This document shows, one piece after another, positions 20,568-29,471 of a DNA stretch of 64,000 nt; the first letter of the stretch is position 1, and each line of letters opens with the position of its first letter. A program made the translations under genes and the position numbers. The stretch is taken from assembly GCA_964511535.1 (NCBI GenBank), contig CAZEFW010000015.1, forward strand, positions 3,754 through 67,753, read 5' to 3'. This stretch comes from an uncultured Myxococcales bacterium. Its GTDB lineage: Bacteria; Myxococcota_A; Polyangia; GCA-2747355; CAZCFB01. Below the pieces are notes generated by a model, which was given only the letters and a program-made list of their open reading frames with translations, was not told the origin of the DNA and did not search any database.

Positions 20568-20633
20568 AACAGAAATATTACCCGGGCGGATTCTGATGGC
20601 CAATCAAAAGGCGCGCGTGTAATAGACCATGCA

Positions 20634-21821
20634 ATGCGCCCCCTGCTGACAAACATCGAATCCACCGCGGCCCGGTTGGAAGAGGTGCTGTGGGATCTGG
20701 CCCGCGAGCAGCTGGGCCCGGTGCGCCAGCGCGAGCTGGTCCAGGCGATCCAGGAGCTCTCCAGCAGCTACAACCGGCCCGAGGGCAAGCCCTTGCGCGC
20801 CGGCGCGACCCTCCCGCTTCAACAGGCGCGGTTGCTGTTCTTCACGGCTGCCGACCTGCCCAAGGTGGCGTTGCCGCTGGGGGAGCTCCGCGCCGCCGGG
20901 CGGCTCCCTGCTCCGCCCGACGGGGAGCCGCTGCGGGTGCTGGATCTGGGCGCGGGTCACGGAGCCCTGTCCCTGGGGCTGCTGGCGTTTCGTGCGGCCT
21001 GCGGCCCGGACTGGGACGGCCCTGTGGAGCTGTGGGCCATGGACCGGGAGCCCGGGGCGCTGCAGCTCATGGGCCAGGCCATCGAGGCTGCCGTGGGCGA
21101 TGGGATCGTCCCCGGCCCCGTGTCATTCCACCCGCGCACTGTGGACCTGGCGCGGTCCGTGGACCTGCAGCCCCCATTCCACCTGGTGCTGTCCGGCGCG
21201 GTGCTCAACGAGCTGCCCCCCCGGCGCGACGAGGACCTGGCCCGGACAGCCCTGGACGCCCTGACCCCCGACGGCGTGGCCCTGCTGCTGGAGCCGGCCC
21301 TGCGCCACACCTCCAGGCGGTTGCACCGGCTGCGTGACCTGCTGCTGCGGGACGGCGCCGCCACCGTGCTGGCGCCGTGCACCCACAGCGCGCCCTGCCC
21401 CATGCTCGAGACCGACCGTGACTGGTGCCACGAGCGCAGGCCCTGGCAGCCGCCACCCCGCCTCAGGACCCTGGCCGCGGCCACCGCCCTGCGCCGGCGG
21501 GACCTGCGGTTCTCCTTCCTCGCCCTGGCCCCCCCCGGAGCGGCGCCCGTGGAGCGGGCACCCGGCGCCCACCGCGTGGTGAGCGACCCCCTGGGCAGCA
21601 AGGGGCGGGTCGAGCGGTTCCTGTGTGGCGCTGACGGCCGGCAGCGGGTGGTGCTGCTAAAGCGGCATCGCGGTCAGGGCAACCGTGACTTCGGCCGCCT
21701 GGCGAGAGGAGATCTGGCGTGGTTCCAGGGCGCGCGCCCCGCCGCTGACGGCCTCCGGCTGGAGCCCGGCTCGCGGGTACGCGGCGCGGACCCGGTCAGC
21801 GGAGAGGAAGAGGAAGCGTAG
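20634..21821 (+). CDS. Rsm22-family SAM-dependent methyltransferase-like protein
   Basis: SAM-binding motif VLDLGAGHGALS and the C-terminal Cys cluster (CTHSAPCPM...DWCHE) characteristic of Rsm22-like proteins. Confidence 0.55.
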   Translation: MRPLLTNIESTAARLEEVLWDLAREQLGPVRQRELVQAIQELSSSYNRPEGKPLRAGATLPLQQARLLFFTAADLPKVALPLGELRAAGRLPAPPDGEPLRVLDLGAGHGALSLGLLAFRAACGPDWDGPVELWAMDREPGALQLMGQAIEAAVGDGIVPGPVSFHPRTVDLARSVDLQPPFHLVLSGAVLNELPPRRDEDLARTALDALTPDGVALLLEPALRHTSRRLHRLRDLLLRDGAATVLAPCTHSAPCPMLETDRDWCHERRPWQPPPRLRTLAAATALRRRDLRFSFLALAPPGAAPVERAPGAHRVVSDPLGSKGRVERFLCGADGRQRVVLLKRHRGQGNRDFGRLARGDLAWFQGARPAADGLRLEPGSRVRGADPVSGEEEEA

Positions 21822-22313
21822 CTACTCCGAGGCCACCGGGGCGATGCAGGTGAGCTCGCCATGCACCGGGATCGCCTCTTCGTTGTCCATGATCTCGATG
21901 ATCAGGTCGTCGGCGTTGAACGCCTCTTCCAGCTCGAGGTTGTCGATGGCCCGGCGCTCGCCCTCGCGCCGCTCGCCGCACGTGTCCCGCGGATCGGGCA
22001 GCTCCCGCCGGCGGTCGTTCCAGCGCCGGTCCCGGCTGAGCCGCTGGCGCAGGCCCTCGATGCTGTGTGGCATGGGGGCGATGCGCATGGCCCGGGCCCC
22101 ACAGTTGTGGCACATGGGCAGCCAGGCGTTGCGAAACTCCACCAGCTTCAGGTTCTCGTGTCGGCGGTCATTGCAGATGACGCAGGCCGCGCCATGCCCC
22201 ACCGGGCGCGCCTCGGCCCAGCGGATGTAGCATATCCAACAACGGCCCCGGCGCAGGTTCTGTACGCGCGCGCCGCACACTTCGCAGGTCTGTGTGTCCT
22301 GGGACTCGATCAT
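21822..22313 (-). CDS. Zinc-ribbon protein, hypothetical (two CxxC...CxxC pairs); track ORF extends to 22328
   Basis: CEVCG...CWIC and CVICN...CHNCG motifs; acidic C-terminus. Confidence 0.45.
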   Translation of the reverse strand: MIESQDTQTCEVCGARVQNLRRGRCWICYIRWAEARPVGHGAACVICNDRRHENLKLVEFRNAWLPMCHNCGARAMRIAPMPHSIEGLRQRLSRDRRWNDRRRELPDPRDTCGERREGERRAIDNLELEEAFNADDLIIEIMDNEEAIPVHGELTCIAPVASE

Positions 22314-22440
22314 GGGTTCACCTCGCATAGTTCCTTACATTGTCGTACACGTCGCCAACGGGCCGGGCAAATTTTTCGCCCGCGATAATTGCCAGGCCCG
22401 ACCGGGTCAGCCTAACCTGTGGAGCAGAGGAGTTTTTTTG

Positions 22441-23157
22441 ATGCGCCGTCCGCGTTGGACCCTTGCCGTTGCCGCCCCCCTGCTGCTGCTGGTGTGCGGC
22501 GCCTTTGACTGCCCCATCGCCCTGGACGAGCCCACGCCCAAGAACAAGGACGGCGGGACCAGCGCCACGCCCGCCATCATCATCGGCGGCAACACCCCCG
22601 TCTATTGGACCCTGACCACCACGCCGTACATCACGGTCACTGCCCACGGCCCCAAGGCGGTGCAGACCAAGGTGCTGCAGGCCACGACGTCCGGCCAGGT
22701 GGGCGACAGCTTCATCAGCCTGCTCTCCTTTTGTGGCCTGGCCAACGCCGTCTGCCCCCACAAGGTGTTGCCCAACCCCACCGCCGTGGCCCAGTACTTG
22801 AGCCAGCCGTCGACGCCGGTGTTCGGGTTCAACCGAACCGGGCCGCTGGCGCTGCTCAAGAAGGCCATGGGCCTGCTCGGGACGCTGTCGGGCAACCAGC
22901 TGATCATCTCCCTGGCCACGGACCACCTGAGCGCCGCCAAGGCCGACCCCTGCGCCCTGGGCCAGGCGTCGCGCATCAGCGCCACGGTGAGCGGCAAGGG
23001 GGGCAAGGTCATCGCGGCCCCGGCCAAGGGGGAGCTGATCCAGGGCACCATCAAGCTGGCCTACAAGTCCGACTGCTTCACACTCTCCGGTCAGAGCGTG
23101 GTGCCCACCGGCACCCGGGTGGAGCTGAGCGTGCCGTTCACGGCGAGCCGCAGGTAA
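22441..23157 (+). CDS. Secreted hypothetical protein (238 aa, 6 Cys)
   Basis: AGGAG RBS; signal peptide MRRPRWTLAVAAPLLLLVCGA; lies 17 nt upstream of the radical SAM gene. Confidence 0.55.
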   Translation: MRRPRWTLAVAAPLLLLVCGAFDCPIALDEPTPKNKDGGTSATPAIIIGGNTPVYWTLTTTPYITVTAHGPKAVQTKVLQATTSGQVGDSFISLLSFCGLANAVCPHKVLPNPTAVAQYLSQPSTPVFGFNRTGPLALLKKAMGLLGTLSGNQLIISLATDHLSAAKADPCALGQASRISATVSGKGGKVIAAPAKGELIQGTIKLAYKSDCFTLSGQSVVPTGTRVELSVPFTASRR

Positions 23158-23173
23158 GCGGGAGCGCGGCGCC

Positions 23174-24145
23174 GTGGCAGTGCCCGAGGTACCCACCTGC
23201 CTCATCGCGGTGCCCACCTTCCGCTGCCCCCTGCGCTGCATGCACTGCGACCTGCCGGGGCTGCGCGGCGACGAGGTGCCGCCTGCCCTGTGGCGGCAGC
23301 GGCTGCAGGAGCTCGGCCAGGAGGTCGAGCGGCCGTTTCTGGTGGGGATCTCCGGCGGCGAGCCGCTGGTGTACGAGGGGATCGACGAGCTCGTCGGGGC
23401 CTGCGCGGAGGCGGACATGCTCACCGCCCTGGCCACCAGCACCCTCCCCCTGACCGAGGACCGCGCCCGCAGCCTGCTGGCCGCCGGCGTCAACGCCCTG
23501 GTGCTGCCCCTGGACGGCATCGGCCTGCACCACGACGAGCTGCGACGCAAGCCGGGCATGTTCGAGCGCACCGTGAAGGCCGCGCAGATGGTCAAGGGCT
23601 TCAGCCCCATGCTGCATGTCAGCGCCGTGTCCACGGTGACCCAACGCAACGCGGACCAGCTGGTCTCCATCGCCCACTGGATCTACGGGCAGCCCGAGAC
23701 CTTCAACCAGATCTGCTTCCACACCCTGAGCGGCAACCTCGGCGGGCCCCTGGAGCATGACCCGCAGTGGCACCGCAAGAGCCCGCTCTGGCCCGGCGGA
23801 CATGAGCACCTGCAGGACCAGATCGAGCAGCTGGCCGCGCTGGCCGAGGAGGGGCTCCCGTTCGTCAACAGCGCCGACGAGCTGCGCGCCATGGCGCGCT
23901 TCTACGCCCGGCCCGACGAGCCCCTGCGCAGCTGCGATCAGTACAACCGCGGCATGCTCGCGCTGCCCGACGGCCACGTGAAGATCTGCCCGCTTCACGA
24001 CCCGGTGGGCAACTTCCGCGAGCAGTCGCTGCTGGAGATCTGGCGTTCACCCGCCGCCCGGGCGCTGCGGCAGGAGATGCGCGGCTGCCGGCGCAACTGC
24101 CACTTCATCACCAACTACGCGTACCAGCGGCACGAGGTGCGCTGA
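23174..24145 (+). CDS. Radical SAM enzyme with C-terminal SPASM-like domain
   Basis: CxxxCxxC (CPLRCMHC) near the N-terminus; C-terminal Cys cluster (CDQYNRG...KICPLH...CRRNCHF). Confidence 0.8.
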   Translation: MAVPEVPTCLIAVPTFRCPLRCMHCDLPGLRGDEVPPALWRQRLQELGQEVERPFLVGISGGEPLVYEGIDELVGACAEADMLTALATSTLPLTEDRARSLLAAGVNALVLPLDGIGLHHDELRRKPGMFERTVKAAQMVKGFSPMLHVSAVSTVTQRNADQLVSIAHWIYGQPETFNQICFHTLSGNLGGPLEHDPQWHRKSPLWPGGHEHLQDQIEQLAALAEEGLPFVNSADELRAMARFYARPDEPLRSCDQYNRGMLALPDGHVKICPLHDPVGNFREQSLLEIWRSPAARALRQEMRGCRRNCHFITNYAYQRHEVR

Positions 24146-24149
24146 AGGA

Positions 24150-24986
24150 TCAGAAGGGCAGGTAGTTGGGGCCGAAGACCATCTTGGCGCCGAGGTGCCC
24201 GCCGATGAAGGCCAGCACCACGGCCGCGGCCACCATCACCAGGTAGATGGTGCGCACCCCGCCCTCGAGGTTGTTGCGCACGCGCACTCTCAGGAGGAGG
24301 GCCAGCACGCAGATCCCCACCACGGAGAGCATCAGGTTCTGGTGCAGCCCCACCAGCTGCTGCTTGAAGAACCCGCTGACATAGTCCGCCCGCAGAAATC
24401 CGGTAATGGCGGCCGGGATGGCGCTGAGGATGGTGGCGAACAGGATCAGCGGCCCGGCCCTGCGCCAGTCGGTGATGCGCAGCAGGAAGGTGCCGAGGTC
24501 CACGATGAGCAGCAGCACGAGCCAGGCCAACGGCAGGTGCACCAGCACCGGGTGGAAGCGGCTGATCAGATCCTTGCCGTCGGCGGGTTTCTTGACCGTG
24601 GGCGGACCGCCCATCGGGTCGAGGTCGTCCTGGGCCCGGGCAATCTGCCGGGCGCGCTCCCGCTGCGCGGGCGTGGCGCCCTCTGACGCTGGCGCGCCGC
24701 CCCCTCCCGTTGCGCCTTTCTCCCCGGCCGGCTCGGCAGGTGGCTTGGGCGGGGGGGTGTCGGGATCCGCCATCACCGCCGGGGAGGCGAGCAGGATCGC
24801 GGCGAAAGCACCGATCAGGTAGACGGACCGAGCATGGTGAGGGTATTGGAATCCCTGGCGAGGCGTGAGGAGGGAGCTTGCTGGAGGCAAGTGACCGACG
24901 AGCAACGAAGCCAGGGATTTCAAGGGCAAGCCAGGCGACGGGAGTCTGGCTGTTCGGTGCTCTCGCAGTGGCAAGATTTTGCGCAT
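24150..24986 (-). CDS. Membrane protein, DUF2231-like (FHPVLVHLP motif), with Pro/Ala-rich N-terminal region
   Basis: Four TM helices in the C-terminal half; no SD, so the start is uncertain. Confidence 0.5.
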   Translation of the reverse strand: MRKILPLREHRTARLPSPGLPLKSLASLLVGHLPPASSLLTPRQGFQYPHHARSVYLIGAFAAILLASPAVMADPDTPPPKPPAEPAGEKGATGGGGAPASEGATPAQRERARQIARAQDDLDPMGGPPTVKKPADGKDLISRFHPVLVHLPLAWLVLLLIVDLGTFLLRITDWRRAGPLILFATILSAIPAAITGFLRADYVSGFFKQQLVGLHQNLMLSVVGICVLALLLRVRVRNNLEGGVRTIYLVMVAAAVVLAFIGGHLGAKMVFGPNYLPF

Positions 24987-25110
24987 GGCTCTCGCTTGGC
25001 TGACGATTTTGGGGGCCTATTTATTAAATGCCACAGGTCGGCTCAATAGTGGAACAGATTTCATGTCGCAGCCATCAATGGATGGCGCGCGATGAGGCAT
25101 AATTCAGCCA

Positions 25111-26547
25111 GTGGAACGCAAGCAACAGGTGTGGGCGCTGGCTCGGCGCGAGATGACGCGCCTCGGGTATTCTCCCGAACAGCTGGGCAACGCCAGCTCC
25201 CTGCTGGACCAGTACTTCGAACGGCGCCGGCCCCGGATCCACAAGCCGGCGGTGGCCGCGGCGGCGCTCGAGTACACCATCGCCCGCATCGACTTCCACG
25301 ACGAGGTGACCCAGGCCGACGTGGCCGCGCGCTACGAGGTGAGCGTGTCCTCGGTCTCCCGGGTGCACGGCGACATGGTGGAGAGCCTGGGCATCGCCAT
25401 GTTCGACGAGCGGTTCTGCACCGTGGAGGCGCCGCTGGAGGGCGCGCTCGACCTGGCAGACCTGATGCTCTCCGGCGGCCTTCGAGACGAGGCGCTGGAG
25501 GCCGGACAGTGGGACGATCCCCTGTTTCAGGACAGCCCGTCCCTCAGCGCGCTGGGGCAGCTGCCCCGGGCGGAGGAGGTGTGGGGCGGGGCGCGGAGCA
25601 CCCTGCGCTCGTACATCCTTACGCCGCGGCCCTTCCGCCCGGACCTGGTGATCTTCGCCGACGAGGCGTCGAGCCTCATCGTCGGGCAGCGCCTGATCTA
25701 CCCGGATGATGGCCTGGACGCCGTGCTCGGCGCGCTGGTGGAGGCCATGGAGGAGCCGGCGGTGGGTGAGCCCCGGCGCCCGCGGGCGCTGCTGGTGCCC
25801 GACGAGGCGCTGGCCCGGCAGCTGGCAGAGGTGCTCGAGCCGCTCGAGATCGCGGTGGGGCACGGGCCGGCCCCATCGGTGGAGGCGGCCCTCCGCTTCC
25901 TGGAGCGCACCATGGCCGCGGACGCGCCGCGGGCGGGCTACCTCGACGGCGGACAGGTGGGGCCGGAGGTCGCGGCCCGGTTGTTTGCCAGCGCCGCCCG
26001 GCTCCACGCGGCCGCCCCCTGGGACAGCGCTCGCGACTACCAGGTCTCCGGGGTGGACCTGCACCGGTGGGGCTACGAGCGCGCCAGCGTCTCCATCATG
26101 GGAGCGGGGGGCGTGGTGCGAGGCCTGCTCATCTTCCGCACCCTGCGCGACTTCTTAACCTTCGACCAGCTTGCGAGCCTGGCGGACCGGACCGGGCGCC
26201 GCATCACGCGCCCCCACGTGGAGGTGCTCTCCCTGAGCTACCAGAACGGCGCGGATCTGGGCGCGCCCCTGCTCAAGGAGGTGCTGCGGCATGGCTGGCA
26301 GGTGGCCGACGCGCACTCCTACCCGGTGCTGCTGCACACGGACCCGGACAACATCGCGATCCCGGTGTCGGAGGAGTCCTGCCTGGCAGCGGCGGCATGC
26401 GCCGAGGCCGTGGCCCGGATGGCCAGCAAGCACCCGCATGTCCTGTCGGCCCGCGGCAGGTGGAGCGAGGTGCCGCGCGCGGAAGAGCGGCTGGAGGTGG
26501 TCGGGGAGCCGGTGGTGATCTCGGCGCCGCACCCGGACCTGAGGTAG
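25111..26547 (+). CDS. Hypothetical protein (478 aa)
   Basis: Long ORF with consistent codon bias. The last approximately 20 nt plus the stop lie inside a family-1 repeat unit. Confidence 0.55.
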   Translation: MERKQQVWALARREMTRLGYSPEQLGNASSLLDQYFERRRPRIHKPAVAAAALEYTIARIDFHDEVTQADVAARYEVSVSSVSRVHGDMVESLGIAMFDERFCTVEAPLEGALDLADLMLSGGLRDEALEAGQWDDPLFQDSPSLSALGQLPRAEEVWGGARSTLRSYILTPRPFRPDLVIFADEASSLIVGQRLIYPDDGLDAVLGALVEAMEEPAVGEPRRPRALLVPDEALARQLAEVLEPLEIAVGHGPAPSVEAALRFLERTMAADAPRAGYLDGGQVGPEVAARLFASAARLHAAAPWDSARDYQVSGVDLHRWGYERASVSIMGAGGVVRGLLIFRTLRDFLTFDQLASLADRTGRRITRPHVEVLSLSYQNGADLGAPLLKEVLRHGWQVADAHSYPVLLHTDPDNIAIPVSEESCLAAAACAEAVARMASKHPHVLSARGRWSEVPRAEERLEVVGEPVVISAPHPDLR

Positions 26548-26904
26548 CGCTCGCTTCGCTCGCGGACTTGAGACTTGAGACTTGAGGGCAATTCGCCCCT
26601 GCAGCCAGGGCTCCCGCACCCGGATCTGAGGTAGCGCTCGCTTCGCTCGCGGACTTGAGACTTGAGGCTTGAGACTTGAGGGTAGATAGCCCCTGCGGCC
26701 TGGGCTTTTCAAGCCTCAAGCCCAAAGCCTCAAGCCTGGCCGACGCGAAGCGGCGGCCTAGTTGAGGTAGCGCTCGCTTCGCTCGCGGACTTGAGACTTG
26801 AGGCTTGAGACTTGAGGGTAGATAGCCCCTGCGGCCTGGGCTTTTCAAGCCTCAAGCCCAAAGCCTCAAGCCTCAAGCCTGGCCGGCGCGAAGCGGCGGC
26901 CTAA
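26527..26904. repeat. Tandem array of repeat family 1: one short unit plus two units of about 146 bp, each unit internally palindromic (GACTTGAGACTTGAGG...CCTCAAGCCCAAAGCCTCAAGCC)
   Basis: Direct inspection. Units begin at about 26527, 26613 and 26759 and overlap the 3' ends of the flanking convergent genes. Confidence 0.85.
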
Positions 26905-28109
26905 TGCAGGTCCTCGTCGTTGACCCAGCCCTCGCGGCCGAACAGGTCGCGGACCTTGACCTTCTTGCCCTTGCGGTCCAGCTCCCGCAGGCGGTAGTCC
27001 TTGCCGACCTTGCCGGTTGAGCGGCCCTTGCCGCTGGCGCGGGACTTGAGCGGGAGCGCCTTCTTGGCCCGGCGCTTGTACTTCTTGAGCAGCTTCTTGT
27101 TGGCCTTCTGCTTGCTCACCACCACGTTGGCCGTGACCTGCTGCATTGAGTAAGCGCTGTTCAGCTCCCCCGCCTTGACCTTGTCCAGCCCCTTCTTCTT
27201 GAGCGCCTTGACCTCCTGACGGTCCAGCCCGGCGGACCGGGCGAAGGCGGTGCCCCGGGCCTTCTCGGCGGAGCTGCGCAGCTTGGCCTGCTGTAGGTAG
27301 AAGTGGCTGGTCATGTGCAACACCTTGCCGTCGTCGTAGCGGAAGGAGACGGCGATGGGCGAGTGGCCGTACTTCTTGCGCATCTCCTTGCTGTCGATGA
27401 GCACCTTGACCTTCTGCTTGTTCAGGATCCGGATCGGGTAGCTCGACCCCTCCAGCCACCAGCGCGGGTTCTCCTTCATGCCCTTGATGTTCTGCAGGAA
27501 CGGCGCGTCGTCGTCGTGAATCGACACCTTCACCACGTCGTCCTTGGTGTTGCGCTTGCCGCGCTTGACGTAGCCGGGGAAGGCCCTGGTCAGCAGGGTG
27601 AGCGCCCAGTCGGTGGTCACAAGGAAGCCGCCGGTCTTGACGAAGCGGTTGACCTTCTTGGTGGCCGCCTTGCTCAGCCGCCCGGGGCAGTTGATCATCA
27701 GCGTCTGGGTGCTCATGAGCGGGATGCGCGACACCAGCCGCGGCGGCACCACCACATGCTTGACCTTCAGCGCCTTGAGCACGTCCTGCACCCGGTCGTA
27801 GCCACCGCGCACCACCACGATGTCAGCGGCGCCGGCCTTGCGCAGCAGCTTGAGATCCCGCGGGCGCTTCTTGGCCATGCGCTTCTTGACGATCTCCGAC
27901 GCCACCTCGTTGGCCTGGCGCATGCGCTTTGAGCCGAGCTTGCCCTTGGCGGTGCCGTCGGTGGACTTGGCCGCGGGCTTGCTCTTGGTCACGGCCTGCA
28001 TGAACTCTTCCTGCTCCGGCGAGACCTTCCCGCCGCCCGCCCGGGCCGGCGCGGCCATGGCGAGGGTGAGGGTCAGGGCGACTGCGGTGTTGGCGACCAG
28101 GCGTGACAT
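26901..28109 (-). CDS. Secreted Lys-rich protein, paralog family A (GATase1/ThuA-like core followed by a basic C-terminal tail)
   Basis: Signal peptide; paralog of the 42673..43890 gene (shared blocks GGYDRVQDVL, HVV(V/I)PPRLV, VNCPGR, GGFLVTTDWAL, SPRWWLEG(S/A)SYPIR, LTSHFYLQQ). Confidence 0.6.
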   Translation of the reverse strand: MSRLVANTAVALTLTLAMAAPARAGGGKVSPEQEEFMQAVTKSKPAAKSTDGTAKGKLGSKRMRQANEVASEIVKKRMAKKRPRDLKLLRKAGAADIVVVRGGYDRVQDVLKALKVKHVVVPPRLVSRIPLMSTQTLMINCPGRLSKAATKKVNRFVKTGGFLVTTDWALTLLTRAFPGYVKRGKRNTKDDVVKVSIHDDDAPFLQNIKGMKENPRWWLEGSSYPIRILNKQKVKVLIDSKEMRKKYGHSPIAVSFRYDDGKVLHMTSHFYLQQAKLRSSAEKARGTAFARSAGLDRQEVKALKKKGLDKVKAGELNSAYSMQQVTANVVVSKQKANKKLLKKYKRRAKKALPLKSRASGKGRSTGKVGKDYRLRELDRKGKKVKVRDLFGREGWVNDEDLH

Positions 28110-28187
28110 CGGGTCCTCTCCTGTTGGGGTATCCCCGTTGCCAACGCACGGGGTGCGGTGAGGTTCTGAAAAAAATCAGATAACCTT

Positions 28188-29471
28188 GTGGACGACATGG
28201 GATCGGTCCTGACATCGCTGCTGCTGCTGCTGCCCTTCCTGCTCTGGGACCTGGCGGCTTACCTCCTGCGGCGCCGCGGGGACCGCTCACCGGAGCGCAG
28301 GGCGGCGCTGCTGCGCCACTTCACCGGGGAAGAGCTGGAGGCGGGGCGGCGCCATGTGCTGATCCATAACCGCCTGGTCCCGCTGTCCCGGGCGCTGTAC
28401 TACGCATACTTCGTCGCGCTGCTGCCCGGCGGCCTCGGGTCCTGGATGGAGCAGCAGCTGCTCCACCTGACGGGCGGGCGCTGGGTCCTCGCGCTGCCGC
28501 TGTTCCTGCTGGCGGTGATGCTGCTCTGGACCGTCACGCGCCTGCCCCTCGAGGCGTACCGGGAGCTGGTCATCGAGCGGAACCTGGGCCTCTCCAACAC
28601 CACGGCGGGGCTCTTCGTCGCCGACGCGGCCAAGGGGTTGCTGGTGGGCTGGGTCCTGGCCTGGGTGGTCGGCTTCTGCGTCATGGGGCTGGTGCGAGCC
28701 ATGCCCGGCACCTGGCCGGTCCCGGCGGCGGCGACCCTGCTCTGCATCAGCGCCTTCATCACCTGGATCAGCCCGTGGTTCATCGCGCCGCTGTTCAACA
28801 AGTTCCAGCCGCTGCAGGACGAGGCGCTGGAGGCGGACCTGCGCGCGCTGGTGGACCGCGCCGGGCTCGCGCTGGAGCATGTCCATGTCATGGACGCCAG
28901 CCGCCGCTCGCGCTACCTCAACGCCTACTTCACCGGCATGGGCAACAGCCGGCGCGTGGTGCTGTACGACACCCTGGTGGAGGCGTGCCCGCCTGGAGAG
29001 ATCCTCTCGGTGGTGGCTCACGAGCTGGGGCACTGGCGCGGCCGGCACATCGCCAAAGGGTTCGCCATGTCCAGCGTCGGGCTGGTGCTGGGGCTGCTGC
29101 TGCTGAAGGGCGCCCTCGCGTGGCCCGCGGCCCTGGCGCTGCTCGGCCTCCCCGGGCCGGACAGCCTGGTGCTGCTGGTGGCCCTGCCCTTCGTGGCCGC
29201 GCTTGCGGGCACGCTCACCGCCCCGCTGGGCGCGGCCATCTCCCGGCGCTTCGAGCGCGAGGCGGATCAGGCGGCGTTCGACCTCACCGGCGACCCGGAC
29301 GCCTTCGTCAGCCTGGAGCAGCGGCTGGTGCGCCGGGCCCAGGCGGATCTGCTGACGCCGAAGCTGCTGCACTGGTGGTATGCGAGCCACCCGCTGCCGG
29401 AAGACAGAATCGCTGCTGCGCTGCGCTGGCAGCGATTAAACAAAAAACAAGGAACAAGAAACTCCAAATAA
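28188..29471 (+). CDS. M48-family zinc metallopeptidase (Ste24/HtpX-like) with N-terminal TM helices
   Basis: HELGHW zinc-binding motif with a downstream E; multiple TM segments. The last approximately 11 codons are encoded by the left inverted repeat of the adjacent cassette. Confidence 0.8.
   Translation: MDDMGSVLTSLLLLLPFLLWDLAAYLLRRRGDRSPERRAALLRHFTGEELEAGRRHVLIHNRLVPLSRALYYAYFVALLPGGLGSWMEQQLLHLTGGRWVLALPLFLLAVMLLWTVTRLPLEAYRELVIERNLGLSNTTAGLFVADAAKGLLVGWVLAWVVGFCVMGLVRAMPGTWPVPAAATLLCISAFITWISPWFIAPLFNKFQPLQDEALEADLRALVDRAGLALEHVHVMDASRRSRYLNAYFTGMGNSRRVVLYDTLVEACPPGEILSVVAHELGHWRGRHIAKGFAMSSVGLVLGLLLLKGALAWPAALALLGLPGPDSLVLLVALPFVAALAGTLTAPLGAAISRRFEREADQAAFDLTGDPDAFVSLEQRLVRRAQADLLTPKLLHWWYASHPLPEDRIAAALRWQRLNKKQGTRNSK

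Noticed and set aside
26527-26904. Possible CRISPR array (regular repeats)
   Set aside because: Units are about 146 bp and directly abutting without unique spacers; same for the 53-bp and 23-bp arrays at 45529-45777. These are tandem or REP-like repeats, not CRISPR.
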